A DNA stretch of 64,000 nucleotides from Phoronis australis (GCA_002633005.1 NMRA01000047.1:583326-647325); one strand, 5' to 3'. Shown: positions 35,930 through 48,809, numbered from the stretch's first letter. The notes: generated by a model not told the origin, from the sequence alone. Made by a program: numbers and translations.

Positions 35930-38900
35930 GGGGAGGGAATTCATAAAATTGCGCAATTTGTGACAAGTTTTTGCAAATTGGTACAATCTTAGAAATAGGT
36001 AAAACATTTCTATAAACCACCGAAAACAAACAATGCTAACCCCCTGGCGGCCGTTACGCACAAAATCCAACATGGCCGCCGCCGAAAACGGAAATTGGCA
36101 TATCTCGGCTATAATCATCGCTAGAGAATAATGTAAGTCAATGTTTTCAATATTTTTGGATGCGAGGACTTCATTTATGCTGTTAGTTTCATGTTTTTAG
36201 GCCATTTACATCTTTGTACACTGTCTCTGGACTGAAAATACCAAACGCTTGGCCCCGCGCATTGTCCCCGGCTAGAAAATGTCAAACGCTTGGTCCCTTA
36301 TTTTTGTTTGTTGGAATCAGGCTGCATTTTATGTCTGAAAAGGTAAATTAGTGATTAGTTTTACTTATTTTAACTCATAATTTCAGATCTGTCTCCGTCA
36401 ACATCCATTGCGTTGAAAACTTTACCTCAACATGAGTGACGTCAATCCCTTTGAAATTCCTAAAAGAAAGGTCACCAACTGGTCATTATGTTGCCTTCGC
36501 CAAAAACAATCTAACAAAGAATTGCGATCCCCATATAAAAGGAAGTGTTATCACAGTGCCTACCAAACCCTTGAAGACGATTTGAATCGTTTTGTCAACA
36601 ATGATGTACCTTTACCAGTGGGAGTGAACTTGGATTGCCTGGATGATGGTTCAGGAATAGCTAAAACATTTCTAAAGAATGAAGCTAAATACCACAATGG
36701 ATGCCGAGGACTCTTTCGCTCATACATTATGCAGCGAAAATTGGACAAAAGGACCAGGGAAGACGCTGAAAGTGAGAAGAAATCGAGTCCTAAAAAACCC
36801 GGTAAAGTTTTAATGCCCACATGGATCGTACCAATATGCAGTGTGTCTGCTGTGAGAAGATTCAAAATGAAGATGATGAACAAATATATAGAGCTAGAAG
36901 TCACAACTGTCGCAAAAACCTCAACAGACGGGCTACAGAATCCAAGAACTGGGTGGTACTTGCGCGTTTGAACTCTGCTATTGACGCTCAGGCTGGTGAT
37001 GTCCATTATCACATATCTTGTTATACTCAGCTGAAGAACGAAGCTCGAGCTGCCCAGTCTAAGTCGTCGTGTGTCAAGGAAAATGTTAGTCAGCAATACG
37101 ATCCCTTGGTAATCGCTCAGCTAGTAACGTTTATGAAGTTCAACCACTGCACCTTGCTGACTTGAGAAAGCTTTATCATCGTCGTCTGAAGCAGCTGGAT
37201 TGGATTGGTGTGTATGTGCACTCAAAAAGGTTCAAAGAACATATTATAGAGAAGCTAGGGTCCGATTGGTCTGAATACTCAATGGGCCGTGATATTTACA
37301 TCTCTCATAAGAAGACAGTTAGCGCCGCTGTGGCAGAGACGGCACACCTCCAGGTTACTGAGGACAAGGCTAAGAAGATTGCTGAAGTTGGTGTCCTGCT
37401 TCATAAATATATTCTTCTACCACAAGCGCCATTCAATGGGTGATTCAATTCAAACTATTCCAGTGAGCCAGTTCAGAAACCTCTTCTGACCCTTCTAGAC
37501 GTCTTGCTCCAGGGTTCGAACTCTATTGAGGAGAAAATAGCAGAAAACCAGGGTACCATCAGCGCCAGAATGAGAATCGCCCGCACTATCTTTCAACTGA
37601 TATGCAGCAATGCCGCAAAACAAGCTAGCAGAGCTGCTACTCTCTACCAACGTAAGGAGAGAGAGACACCTTTTCCACTATATGTGGGACTGAAGCTGCA
37701 TTTCAATGATCGTCAGAAGGGAATCATTAGAGCTTTTCATGAGTTAGGCATGTCAGTGTCTTACGATCGTGTTCTATCTGTGTCAAAGCGCTTTGCCGAG
37801 GATGGAGTCGTTGTGCCTTCAAATAGCAAGCGGGGAGTTTTCACCACTGGCGCAGTTGATAATATTGATGAGTCTGGTCGCACTGAAGTCCATGGTACTG
37901 CCATTTCTCTGACCAGTCATCCCACTCAAACAAACCCTGAACTGTCACCTCCAACTCTAACCATGCAGACTGATGATATCGCTTCCTGATGACTTTGCCA
38001 TTGTCCCATACATTGATGAGATTGCTGGAGATATCACCCTACAACCTATTCCATCTGGGACAGCCAAACCTTCCTTCACTGAAAATCTCCGAGATCCTTG
38101 ATGAAGCATGGCTCAATCATTTGCACATTGTTTTACTGAATATGACGGACAACCACAAGAGGTTCCAGTGACCTACTCTGGGTTCTTTTCACATGCCCAA
38201 CCTTCAGAAAACGTCAGACCAAGGGCGACAGTTGGTGTTTTTCCCATTTTCTATGAAATGGCTTCGACAATGGCCATGCAGAAACACGCAATGCTTGTGG
38301 TCAAGAAGGCAACAGAGTTTGTAATTCCTGGCCAAGTTCCAGTCATAGAAGGTGACTGTCCTCTCTATGCTCATCAGAAAAAATGTCAATGGGGGTGCCC
38401 TGATGAAGTCGGTGAATCAAAAATGGTATGCTTCATGGGTATGCTTCACATCGAAATGGCATCTCAAGAGTGTGGAGGTAAACTGTTGGACGGATCTGGA
38501 TGGGACCACATGTTCTCCCTAGCCAATGTTTTCACTCCTGGTTTTGCATCATCTCTTCTGGATGGAAAGCATGTCAAGCGTACCAGGTATGCATACCAGC
38601 TCACTCTTGCCTGGCTTAATGAGCTAAAGCAACAGGCATATAATGAGTTCTGTCATGAAGGTTATGGACCTCACGAAAGCTTTGATATGTGGGAAAAACT
38701 CTTCAGCAATGCCCCAACAGTTTGTTACTGGAAAATTATGATAGACTATCTGCTAATTAACTGTCGCTTCATTCGAGGTCAGAGACTGGGCAATTGGCCA
38801 TTGACGTTGAACGCCTGTGAAGAAATGTGTCCGTCGTTTTTTGCGTTTGGACATACGAATTACGCACGCTGGATGCCTGTTTTCTTGAGAGATATGGCAC

Positions 38901-41590
38901 AACTTCCACAGACCCACCCTTCAGTGCACGAAGCTTTCATGGAAGGGAAATTTGTTGTTCAACGTAGTGACAGGAAGTTTTCTTTGATGGCTCTTGACCA
39001 GAGCCAAGAGCACAGTATCAAGTTCTTGAAAGAGGACAGTGGTTCAAAGGGACTCTATGGCCAACAAGAGGAGAAAGAAGTGATTGAGCTCTCAAGGCCA
39101 GAAGTCTTGAGGTTAATTGATGAGTTTGAGGATGCATGCTTCTCTACGACAAGAAGCAAGGACAATTTGGAACATCCTGAGTCTTCCATTGCTGAAACAA
39201 CAAAGTTTCTGAAGGACCTCAAAGTTCTATGCGACCTTGTGAAGGAGGGTCGAGTTGTCAATCCATTCAAGGAGACTGGCTTAGATCTCATTACTTTGGA
39301 CACCGGTGAAATCATGGATCCTGAGATCATCAACTGCCTTAGGGAAGCTCCGAACATTGGTCAAGCCAAATTCACACAGAGTTTGTTAAAACCAGAACTG
39401 TAATTTCTACCAAACCATTGTCTGACATCATTCCAAGGATCAACTTGTTTACTTTCGCCAACAGGCCACCCACTGATTTGATGAAGGCTAGTGACAAGCT
39501 GGGATCTGCCAAAGCGAATACGGCTTTCATCACCAAGATGTTTATGTCACTCCAAGCTCGTCCTGAAGTAGATATCTTAGATTTTTTCAAGCACGAAAAC
39601 CAGCGTGAACCCCCGTCATTATGCGATAGAGGTAAACTTCGGTCAGGAACAAAGTCTGATATTCTTGCATGTCTGCCTGGCATGCCTGTTTCTGGCCGAT
39701 CTCTGGCAGTCAAGGAAGCTTCTGTAGTGGTTCTCGATATGGCCGCCGTAATACATATTATCAAACCCCAGCGTGCAAAAGTTTTTGGGGAGTATACACA
39801 GATTCAATTGCTGCCATACGTGGAAAGCCAGATGACAGAGAACACAAGAAGAGTGGACACAGTCTGGGACACATACAGAGAGGATAGTCTTAAGTCACAG
39901 ACTCGTGTGAAGCGTGGTGAGACTGGAATACGACGAACACGTGTCTCGGCTAAGATACCAATGCCCAGGGGAACTCAGTGGCAGACATTCCTCAATGATT
40001 GTCAAAACAAGGACGAGCTCTTCCAGTTCATCAGCCAGAACCTTTTGAGTAACACAGCTGATTCACAATACCAACTTGTTACAACAAAGGCCGACCTAGT
40101 ACTCAGCAACAAACCAACACACGTATCAACATTGTCTCCATGCCTACAGGAAGAAGCTGACACGAGGATGATGCTGCATTTGCAACATGCAGCTGTTCAA
40201 GGTCACACCAAGGCTTACCTTAGGACAGTTGACAGTGACGTGGTGGTTCTAGCAGTCAGCTTCTTTCACGAACTAGGTCTTTCAGAGTTGTGGATTGGAT
40301 TTGGATTTGGATCTGGAAAAAACTATAAATATATTCCTATCCACCAAATCTCGCAAAATTTTGGGCCGCAGAAATGTGAAGCACTCCCACTTTTCCATGC
40401 ACTGACAAGTTGTGATGTCGTCTCAGCAATGTTCGGGATTGGAAGACGAACTGCATGGAATGCTTGGGCTGTTTTCCCCGAGGTCACAGATACTTTTATT
40501 ACCATCACTCGTGACCCAACTATCCTCACACTTGACCCGCTTCATATGCGACACCTTTAACGCTGGACAGTACTAATGTACAGTAAGAACTCCGGGACAC
40601 ACTCTGTGAATGAAGCTAGAAAGCTTCTGTTCACCCATGGCCTCAAGACTCTGAAATCACTACCACCAACACAGCATGCTTTATTCCAACATGCTAAGCG
40701 TGCCCTGCTCACTGCAGCTTTTGTTTGGAAACAGTCCCTTGCCAAAAAAACCCAGATACCAAACCCAGATCAATGGGGTTGGGAATGGAATGCTAGAATT
40801 AAAAAGTGGGTGCCATATTGGACAGATCTGGAAGATGTAAGCCAGGCGTGTTCCCTACTTCTCCATTGTGGCTGTGTTGTTGCCTGCAAAGGCAATTGTA
40901 AGTGCCATCGAGCTGGACTCCGGTGTACCACATTGTGCAAATGTGAAGGTGCCTGCACCAGCAATGACTCATAAACTTGACATTTCACCTTTCTCATTAT
41001 CTAGTTGCTTTATAAGTACATGATACAAATTAGCACCAGCAGTATTTGGGTGACCATTGTGTTCATTCAGTTGCTAATAAAATATCTATGTTTCTATGTC
41101 TCAGACTAGAAGTATTATCACACTCAGCTGAACAAGTCCTATTTTGTTCAAATCTGGTTTTGGAAAATGAACATTTTTGGATTTTGTGCTGCGAATCACA
41201 TCGAAATACCCATTAATTAAACAAAGTAACTTCTATTAGGACAAACATAAATTTGAGTTATTTGTGAATAAAAGTTGCCTTAAAAGTATCATTTTGCATT
41301 GGAATCGAACTCAAACAATAAAACCAACACCAGAAATGAACTCCTCAAGCCCCATAATATTGGAAAGATGATATTAGAATTTGTTCTAGTGGTAATAATA
41401 GCCGACATATGCCAATTTTCATTTCGGCGGCGGCCATATTGGATTTTGCGCGTAACGACCACCAGGGGGTGAGCACACTTTGTTTGCGGTGTTTTTTGAA
41501 TTTCCTTTGTTTATACCTAACAGCGTACCAAATTGCAAAAACTTGTCACAAATTGCCCAATTTTTGCAAATCTGCATATATTCCCTCCCC
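35930..41590 (+). mobile_element. AcademX-type DNA transposon, 5.66 kb, with ~270-bp imperfect TIRs
   Basis: Termini GGGGAGGGAAT / ATTCCCTCCCC; 35930-36200 aligns with the reverse complement of ~41310-41590. Encloses a transposase-XPG-Cys-rich pseudogene. Confidence 0.8.
36432..40974 (+). pseudogene. Academ transposase (DDE-type transposase + XPG/FEN1-like nuclease + C-terminal Cys-rich domain), disrupted
   Basis: Colinear ORF pieces carry AVDNID, EGDCPLY..KKCQW, GMLHIEM, GHTNYARW and DQSQEH (transposase); VLDMAA, VWDTY, EEADTRMMLH, TVDSDVVV and LTSCDVVSAMFGIG (XPG-like); CGC..CKGNCKC...CTTLCKC (Cys-rich). In-frame stops at 37441 and 40558 plus several frameshifts. AATAAA at 41076. Confidence 0.85.
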
Positions 41591-42919
41591 AGGAACAACA
41601 GCACTCTGCGCTTGTACGCGCAGAGTAATAACACCCGCAAGCAATGATGTTCTAGTCAGTACAACCTTTTGTTGTTTGTGCCGGGATCTGGCGGTGACGC
41701 AACATATGGCACGAAAACGCAGCTTCACCTATTTATTTACCTTAGCATCATTCAACAAAGAATGGACTCACCGGAGACAGCCCAAGAGTTGTTATCTCTG
41801 CGGCGAAGGATGTTAAAGTTGAGTCTCCGATGAGTTGCCAGCAGTCACTGGTACGGTGCGCGGCTTTAGACGCTCTGCGGCTGGGTTAAAGATCTTTTAT
41901 AGGCCTAACTATCCCCAATTCCCGTACCAGGAGGAATTTCAAAAATAACTTGACTTGGCTGCGTCAGATAAAATTTGCGTGCTTGAACTCGAGGCTTTGC
42001 TAGGACTGTCTGGTTAGTCTAATACACCTAAAATAACAAAATTCCGTTGAAGTTAGGGTTTAAAGCTTCATCGTACTAAATACAAGATGTCGCTACGCTG
42101 TACCGCAAAAGGGATCCGACCACTAATTGCCACTTCTATTGTTCTTGAGACGTGTGTACAGAGCAAGATAATCTGTGTTTAACAGATTATTAACCAGACG
42201 GAATTTGAGACCCTGCATGCAGGCGCATTAGACAACGGAGGCCATATGCTGAAGGAGCAAACTAAACACTAATAACTAAAGGTAAACCCCTGGTTATTGA
42301 TCATTTGTCGTTGGACTACATCATTCTGTCAATGGTAGGTACATTCACATAAATTGGTATGGCAAAAAATCTTTGGAACGCTTTCGGCGTTTCCGCAAAA
42401 ACTTTTGATTTCATATCACCCGGTTCATTTGGGCATTTTTAAATTGAGGGTTTAACTGCCTTCTACGCTGTTCCAGTAAATAGTTTTTACAGACAGATTA
42501 CGTGTTTATGGTAGACTTTCTGCTGTTAAATGGCCGGCGTGTTATTTTTATTGTTTTCCAGGTTTACTTTTTCAAAAATGTTCAGTCAGCCGTTGAGTCG
42601 TGACACGCCGGCGTGCACATAGGAATGATAGGTGTAGCCTGTCCACGGATGAACAGTCAGTGAATATACGTCAAGATAAAAATTATATGCGAAAATGCAA
42701 TTTTCTCAAGTAATATGAGAATCAAAATACCTAACTTTTGAAATTATATATCCCTTCATCAGATGAGTTGAAAGACTATTGTCAAAATAGAAATAGCTGT
42801 TGTCGTTTGTTAACTTTTGTCTGAATTGCATAAACAGCGAGGTGCTCAGTAAATGTTGACTGAAATGCGACTTACAAAATATATTGTATTGGAAACTAGT
42901 GGCGCATTTCTATTCAAGT

Positions 42920-43331
42920 AGCGGGTTGCACGAAACAGTCCCAAATGGGACTCGACTAAGTTCCATAAACTTTTTGCTTTTGTTTTGTTCTTTACAGATG
43001 TAATATTTTTTTCTATCGTTTTATCTTTATTAAGATCACTTCTTTAACTAAATGACAGTTTCTAGTAATATAACAGAGCCCTTAATGCAATCAAAATACT
43101 TAGGGACTTAGTCCTTAAATTAGGGGTGTTGCATGAAAAGGTCCCTACTTATTTTCAATAATACTGAGATTTCAATGTAGAATTCACCCTCGATTTGTAT
43201 CAAAATGACTTAGTGCTGAGACTCAAACAGCGTAAGAAAGGCCAATCAATGTTTTCACAACCCCAAAAACACGCAGAAGATTTAGGGAACTTAGTTGAGT
43301 CCCTATTTAGGACTGTTTTACGCAACCGGGC
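42920..43331. mobile_element. Diverged MITE with ~50-bp TIRs
   Basis: cgggttgcacgaaacagtcccaaatgggactcgactaagttcc is the inverse of ggaacttagttgagtccctatttaggactgttttacgcaaccggg. Confidence 0.55.
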
Positions 43332-44137
43332 ACGGGAATCCCAACTGATATGCTATTTGTCGAAGTTAGAAACATTTGCCACAGCTGATTCTTATCGAAA
43401 ACGAGCAGTTCAGCGCCAACGTAGACATCAAGGATTTCCATCAAAACTGAATGAACTGCTTCGCTGTTTCTACAATAAAAATTGTGTTCGATTTGAACAC
43501 AGGATGCAGGATAAATGTAGCTGCCTGAGAATGGTTCGTTCTTTAAATTATTCCCGTATGGAAGTTAGTCAAGTAAAGTCTTTCACAGCGATTAGTCGTC
43601 TGAGCCATTTTCCGAACTTCTGGTCCTTACTAAAGAAACGTTGGGTTTTCTGAAAAAGAAAAAACACCATTAGTTCCCAATAAACCGTTTTCTTATTCAT
43701 ATTTCTCAGAATGTCGCAAAAATACATTTTATTTGATTGCGAATCAGTTTAAGGCAAGTTCAAAACGATAAGTGATCTCAAAGTTTCGACGAAAGGCGGT
43801 TGCATACCAGCTTTTAACTTGATGTTGCATTTCGCCGTTGAGATGGCTAAAGACAAAAATCGTTTAGGCCGTTTACCCTCATAAATCGGTCTACCAACAA
43901 GAACATTGAAACAATAAGTTACCCGAGAAAACGCTAATCAGAATTTATTGGGGTTTTAGTTTTTATTCAGGGCGAAATGCAGCTTTATGTTTAAGCTGGA
44001 TCTGGAAGATGACCTCTAGAGTGATTTTCCTTGCTTACACACTTCTACTGTATTTCCGTATATGACTTCTCGTATACGGCCAGACAGACTGTTGACCGCT
44101 CATTATAATTTCAATTGCAAATTTACGACTTCAGTGT

Positions 44138-44284
44138 CTGGACCGATCCAGAATTTTTAGTTAGGGGGCCAGGACAGAGGATTAGCCAGTATTTTGTCCG
44201 TCAGACATTTGCACCACTTAACTGCCAAATGGAATCTGTTTTGGGGGTCAAGGCCCTCTTGGCCCCCATGTAAATCCGCCGTTG
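44138..44284. mobile_element. MITE of the 5-bp-TSD family (diverged)
   Basis: Homologous to 11059-11215 in reverse orientation; flanked by AGTGT/AGTGT. Confidence 0.65.
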
Positions 44285-45047
44285 AGTGTGATCCGAGTTA
44301 TTGGTTTAATCACAGAAGCTAAATTTGAATGTGTTACAGTACAAGGTAGGCTTTAAAGTGAGGAAGGGGTTTGTGCTTGATTTTGTATATTCTTAAGACT
44401 TTAAGGAAGGGCGTTTGTGAGTGTTTTTTTTGCATTTTTAATACTTTCTATTTAATAGCGTGCTTCAATTAATTGAATCCATATCAATGTCTTCCATTGT
44501 GTAACAAAGAAGTTTCACTCTCATTATATTGCGTAACTTCATTGGTTTTTCTCAAGTGTTTCACATATAAGCGTGTGTACATCATTCCGGATAGAGGTAC
44601 ATCTTCTCATGCAGGTCCACAGATTTAAATAAGCGCATACGGTTACTCCCACGTACCGGAAATTTGCGAAAATAGAACCACCCATGAACATGGGCGTATT
44701 TTCGAAAAGTTTTCCAAAAGTACACCCATGTAATGCGTTCTCTGGTGCACATTGTTGTTTATTTTGACAAGGCATTATCGCAATTTCCCTCTAACGCCTA
44801 TAATATCCGACCCTGGATCTATTTCTGGGAATTCCCGGTACGTATATACATTGTTCGTTCATTGTAAAAGGAAAAGGTGGTAGTCAACACAATTTGGCAG
44901 TGTCAGGAGACTGCATGTATGTTGATTATTTTTGCCCATTTTCAAACAAATGGGAAAAGATATGCATCCAGATTCGTCTCTGCCTCAATTTAACTCAGGC
45001 TTGTGGATTGTCATTCTTTTCATTTTTACTTCAAATCTACTTTACAG

Positions 45048-45500
45048 ATGACCCGCGTCGGCCTCTTCCTCTTTATTTTCGTCCTTAAACTGAGCTGCTT
45101 CGGCGGCTGTTGGTCTACCTACGTGTTCGATCCGAGTCAGCGCCTGTATCAGGATTTTGCGAAAACTTGTCGCAACAAAGACGGTTCTCGCAACTTTTGG
45201 TGCGAAACTTTCTGCCCTTATATTCGTCACATGTACATCAATAGCTTCACCAAGTCTTCGTTATGCGTGTACGGGCTGGAAAATCGTCTCAACTGCTCTG
45301 AGGTAACGGATGCCTGTAGTCCTAAAAAAACTACGCTGTCCTGGTGTTATGCCTTTCACGTCCAAGTTGACTCTTTTGGGTACATACAAGGCAAATCCGA
45401 GGAATTCTCATCCTGTTTCTTCGACGGCAAGCCGACTTCGACGTGTGCAAAACAGCCCGAATGTATGAAGTGGTGCGAACCTTTAATAGAAAATTCAAAG
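45048..45500 (+). CDS. Secreted Cys-rich protein paralogue 1, coding exon 1 (splice donor mutated; read-through stop at 45542)
   Basis: tttacag|ATG start; signal peptide MTRVGLFLFIFVLKLSCFGGCWS. 453 nt, the same length as the paralogue exon. The donor position reads AAG|atattc versus AAG|gtaata in paralogue 2. Confidence 0.8.
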
Positions 45501-47074
45501 ATATTCCGGATACTTCTTGAATCTTCATTACCGGGGGCATAGCATTGTAGCACTATGCACTTGAGAACCTGAGGTGAATTTTGGAGTTGCGGAGGGCAGA
45601 GGTGCCTGTTGCGACATATGTTGTCGCATTCGACAACATTGTGATGCCTCATATTATCAACCGGTTGGAGCACCTACCTTTAGGGAAATTTCATGTCCAA
45701 GAACCCCTACTGCGTATCATCAAGTTTTTGTGAAGGTATAGTCAAATCCAATGTCGACTAGATACTCTTCCCATAGATGGGTGGGTGATACAGGGGATCG
45801 GAATGCTCATTAATTTAGGGTTCAAGTAGGGGGTTAACGGAATTTGGATGGAGTAAAACAACTAGTATGCCAAATTATTTTGTTTTCAAATCATGGTTCC
45901 CTGCAAACGTGAGAGATATACTCTCTAGATGTCAATTAAGGCTGTACCAAAGTGCGAAATCTATCACTAGTAAGTAAATATTTTTTATTGTTTTATTCTC
46001 TCAAATAACCCGATCATAACACAAGGTTCTTTCCCATGGTGTTTTCTGATTGACCTTTAAGAAAAGTCAAATTCGGGTAATGGAACGTGTGAGAACAAAT
46101 ATTTCCTGAATTGTCAGTGTTGAAAGTTGAAGAAGTGCTTTCTTCGAATGTCCAGTTTCAAGGTAATTATTTTATTGATCATTTACATAATTACTTCTAA
46201 TACGTGCTAATACGTGCTGCGATTACGATTTCATATTTCGTATGTTTCATGAAAAAGTAGTTCTTCGTTTTGCCTTGGGGGAACTGAAGTGTTCCCACAA
46301 TTTAGAATCGAATTGGAGAACAGGAAACAAACTTGCGAACAAACAGAGTACAGCTAAGACAAAAAACAGGGGGAACATTGCGTTGAGTCATTCTTTAATT
46401 TGGTAATGGTTTTGAAATGGAGTATCAGGGCATGTCAAGCATGGCGAGAATATTCAATGTTGGCTCAAAACAACAGAATTCGAAATCAAACAAATTCCGC
46501 TAGTTTGTCTTAACCTGTTGAGTACGGAAACAATGACTGATTGGTTTGATATGCTAAAACTTGGGCAACCAGTTTGATGCCTGTTATTCAGTGGAGAAAT
46601 CAGGACCTTGCGAGTGGTTACATGTCACTACTTCAAAGGTTCACCACTTCGATGCTTCATTATTCCTGAGTTTACTATAACTTTGAAAATCTGTTTGTGA
46701 GGCGGAGTTGACATGCATAAAGTGTTCACCTTTGTGTCCATTTGAAGAAGATAGTAATAGTTTCGACCCTGTCGTGCACGTGGTTTAGGTACGATTGGTA
46801 AGGTTGAGGAGCACCTGATAAACTTTCCAGTCGCTGAAAACGGAGGTTTTGACGCCGGCGGCGTTCTTAAACTTTGCAAACATGTGAAGAAAATAAAGTG
46901 ACAAAAACGTTCAAGTATTATATTTTGAAATGAGTCCATGACCCTAGACAATAACTCGTCACTTTTATTGTAATTCACATTGCTAAACCACCGTCTGGGA
47001 GGCCCGGCGTCGTTGCGCTCATTGTGATCATCGATCTTTTTTCTAAAAGTCGGGGAATCGCGCGTTTCCTTAGC

Positions 47075-47267
47075 ACTGGGCGCTAAATCATCATTCTTCA
47101 AAAGTCGGGGATGGGCGCTTAACCGAGAGGTGGGAGTTAACTGGAAATCTTCAAAAATCGCAGAGGGGGCGCTTAACTGAGCAGTGGGCGATTAAATCGA
47201 AAATCCACCTAAAGTAAGGGGTGGGCGGTTAACTGAGCATGGGCGTTAACCCGAAAGTTTACGGTAT
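47075..47267. repeat. Subterminal repeat array and TACCGTA-type end of a Tc1/mariner-like MITE
   Basis: Repeated gggcgcttaac.gag units ending in ...cccgaaagtttacggta. The opposite end was not located. Confidence 0.45.
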
Positions 47268-47271
47268 ATTT

Positions 47272-47392
47272 AGATAAAACCGAGCTGAGGAGCTAGAAAC
47301 CTAACTCAAGGGTCTAGCAGTGTGGCCCAGTGGGACTCGAACCCACGACCTCGAGTAAAGAAGGCGGGCACTTATCACACTAGGCCGCACTG
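47272..47392 (-). mobile_element. tRNA-derived SINE, 5' part
   Basis: Reverse-complement match to 3681-3800. Confidence 0.7.
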
Positions 47393-47686
47393 CCTCCTTG
47401 AGGGTTACAGACCTTTTATCTCTTATGAAGAGTAAGTGAAAAGATGAGTGAAAATAAGCGCCCGTGGCACTGGATTGGAACGGAAAATAACAAAGGCGAC
47501 ATGAAATTCGTTTTTTGTTCAGAAATTAGACAGTGAACCCTGAACGCTCTACAAGACCCCGGCAGCCATGACTGATGACTCGGCGTTCTCTCGACTCAAG
47601 TCTAGTTGTGGTGTATTGATACTTTTCCAACTAGAAATTCTCCAGTTTGCTTATCTTCATGTAAGATTAATTTTTCTTATTTACAG

Positions 47687-47845
47687 AAAGTCCCAGCAAA
47701 CCTGAAGAACTGCTTCAGCGACGGCACACCTTCCAAGGGCTGCAAGGACAAAGAACTTTGCGAGGAAGTATGTGCCCTCGGACAGACTCACATCAAGAGT
47801 ACACCGGATTTCATACTGAGATGTGGCTTCTTCGGAAAACCTTGA
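47687..47845 (+). CDS. Secreted Cys-rich protein paralogue 1, coding exon 2
   Basis: tttacag| phase-0 acceptor. Encodes KVPANLKNCFSDGTPSKGCKDKELCEEVCALGQTHIKSTPDFILRCGFFGKP*; homologous to 61138-61296. Confidence 0.85.
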   Translation, partial: KVPANLKNCFSDGTPSKGCKDKELCEEVCALGQTHIKSTPDFILRCGFFGKP

Positions 47846-48503
47846 AACACGAAATTAAGAAAATGCCTTAGTGAGTTAGTGTTCTGATAGTAAATAATTC
47901 ATTCTGTAACCTGGTTTAAAGACCTTGACATTGCCTCTAACAAGCATCTTAAAAGCACAGGAAGTTCTCACTGGGTTTTTCCTAACACAACACACATCAA
48001 TGTGCTTGTCAACTTTTCTTCATTGTGTCAAACGCGTTTGCAAAGAATAAGAAGCCCTGCAGATGAGCACAGGAACTTTATTATGTATTTTATTTTAGGC
48101 CTTCTCTCTCCTACTGAAAAGCAAGGTGGGCTATAAACAGGGTGCAAAAACATAAAATTGCCACTTTTCCCCCCAAAGCCATCACTCCGTAGCCGATTTG
48201 TGAGTTAAGCCAATATTATATTGTGAAAGCAAATTTCTTACAGATTCCAAAATCTGATCCAACCATTTTTTGAAATTCTGTCTTGTTTGAAGGCTAACTG
48301 AAATCGCAATCGATTTTTCGTTCGCTACCCAGCAAGGCACAAATGAAACAGGGGCCGCAAATTTGAAGAACACTGCAGCTACAGACGTGCAAGTGGTCTT
48401 TTCTCGTTCCCAACAGATTTAAAAACTCAAATACCGGTAAACCAGACTCACTAATCCTACATGCAACACCTATATCAAAACTCCCCCCTTACCTGGCCTA
48501 TCC

Positions 48504-48809
48504 CAGTGGCGGATTTTGGGGGGCAAGGGGGCCATGACCCCGCCCCTAAAATTCTACCAGATACCATTTGGGATTTCGGAGTTCGGCTGCGAATTGCTCG
48601 GGGCTCGGAGGGGGGGGGCGCGAATAAAAAATGCATAGGCTTGAACAAACCCTGTTTACCGTCTTTTTTTTAGTCAACAGGTCCGCAAATCCCAAGAATC
48701 ACAAAAATTCGAGACTCCTCCATTAGTCTGGGCGGGCGCATCTGCCAAAATTTTGGTTATTCCTGTGCTCTGCCCCCCCCTCTAACTCAAAATCCTGAAT
48801 CCGCCCCTG
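48504..48809. mobile_element. MITE of the 5-bp-TSD family
   Basis: CAGTGGCGGATT...AATCCGCCCCTG with flanks TATCC/TAACC. Confidence 0.7.

Larger units (their letters stand above)
32265..41631 (-). mobile_element. Helentron/DINE-1-like non-autonomous element array (one 96-bp mini unit plus three ~1.18-kb units), with its 5' terminus displaced by the Academ insertion
   Basis: Units start at 32265, 32361, 33544 and 34727. On the minus strand, full units end with subTIR ACGCGCAGAGT, hairpin ATTATTGTCACG-C-CGTGACAATAAT (consensus) and CTAG-TT. (TTCTTA)n microsatellite and ~425-bp internal subrepeats are present. The 5' subTIR plus adjacent inverted copy lies at 41603-41631. Confidence 0.75.

Noticed and set aside
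36432-40974. Multi-gene operon or programmed frameshifting
   Set aside because: The ORF pieces are colinear parts of one Academ protein broken by scattered stops and indels, consistent with neutral decay.
43195-43653. 152-aa ORF; likewise 46628-47101 (-) and 51057-51536 (+)
   Set aside because: These have non-ATG starts, no recognisable motifs and overlap repeats or alternative frames; they are likely chance ORFs.
45501-47686. U12-type AT-AC intron
   Set aside because: The donor ATATTCC deviates from ATATCCT, the acceptor is AG, and the paralogue has an ordinary GT donor at the same position.
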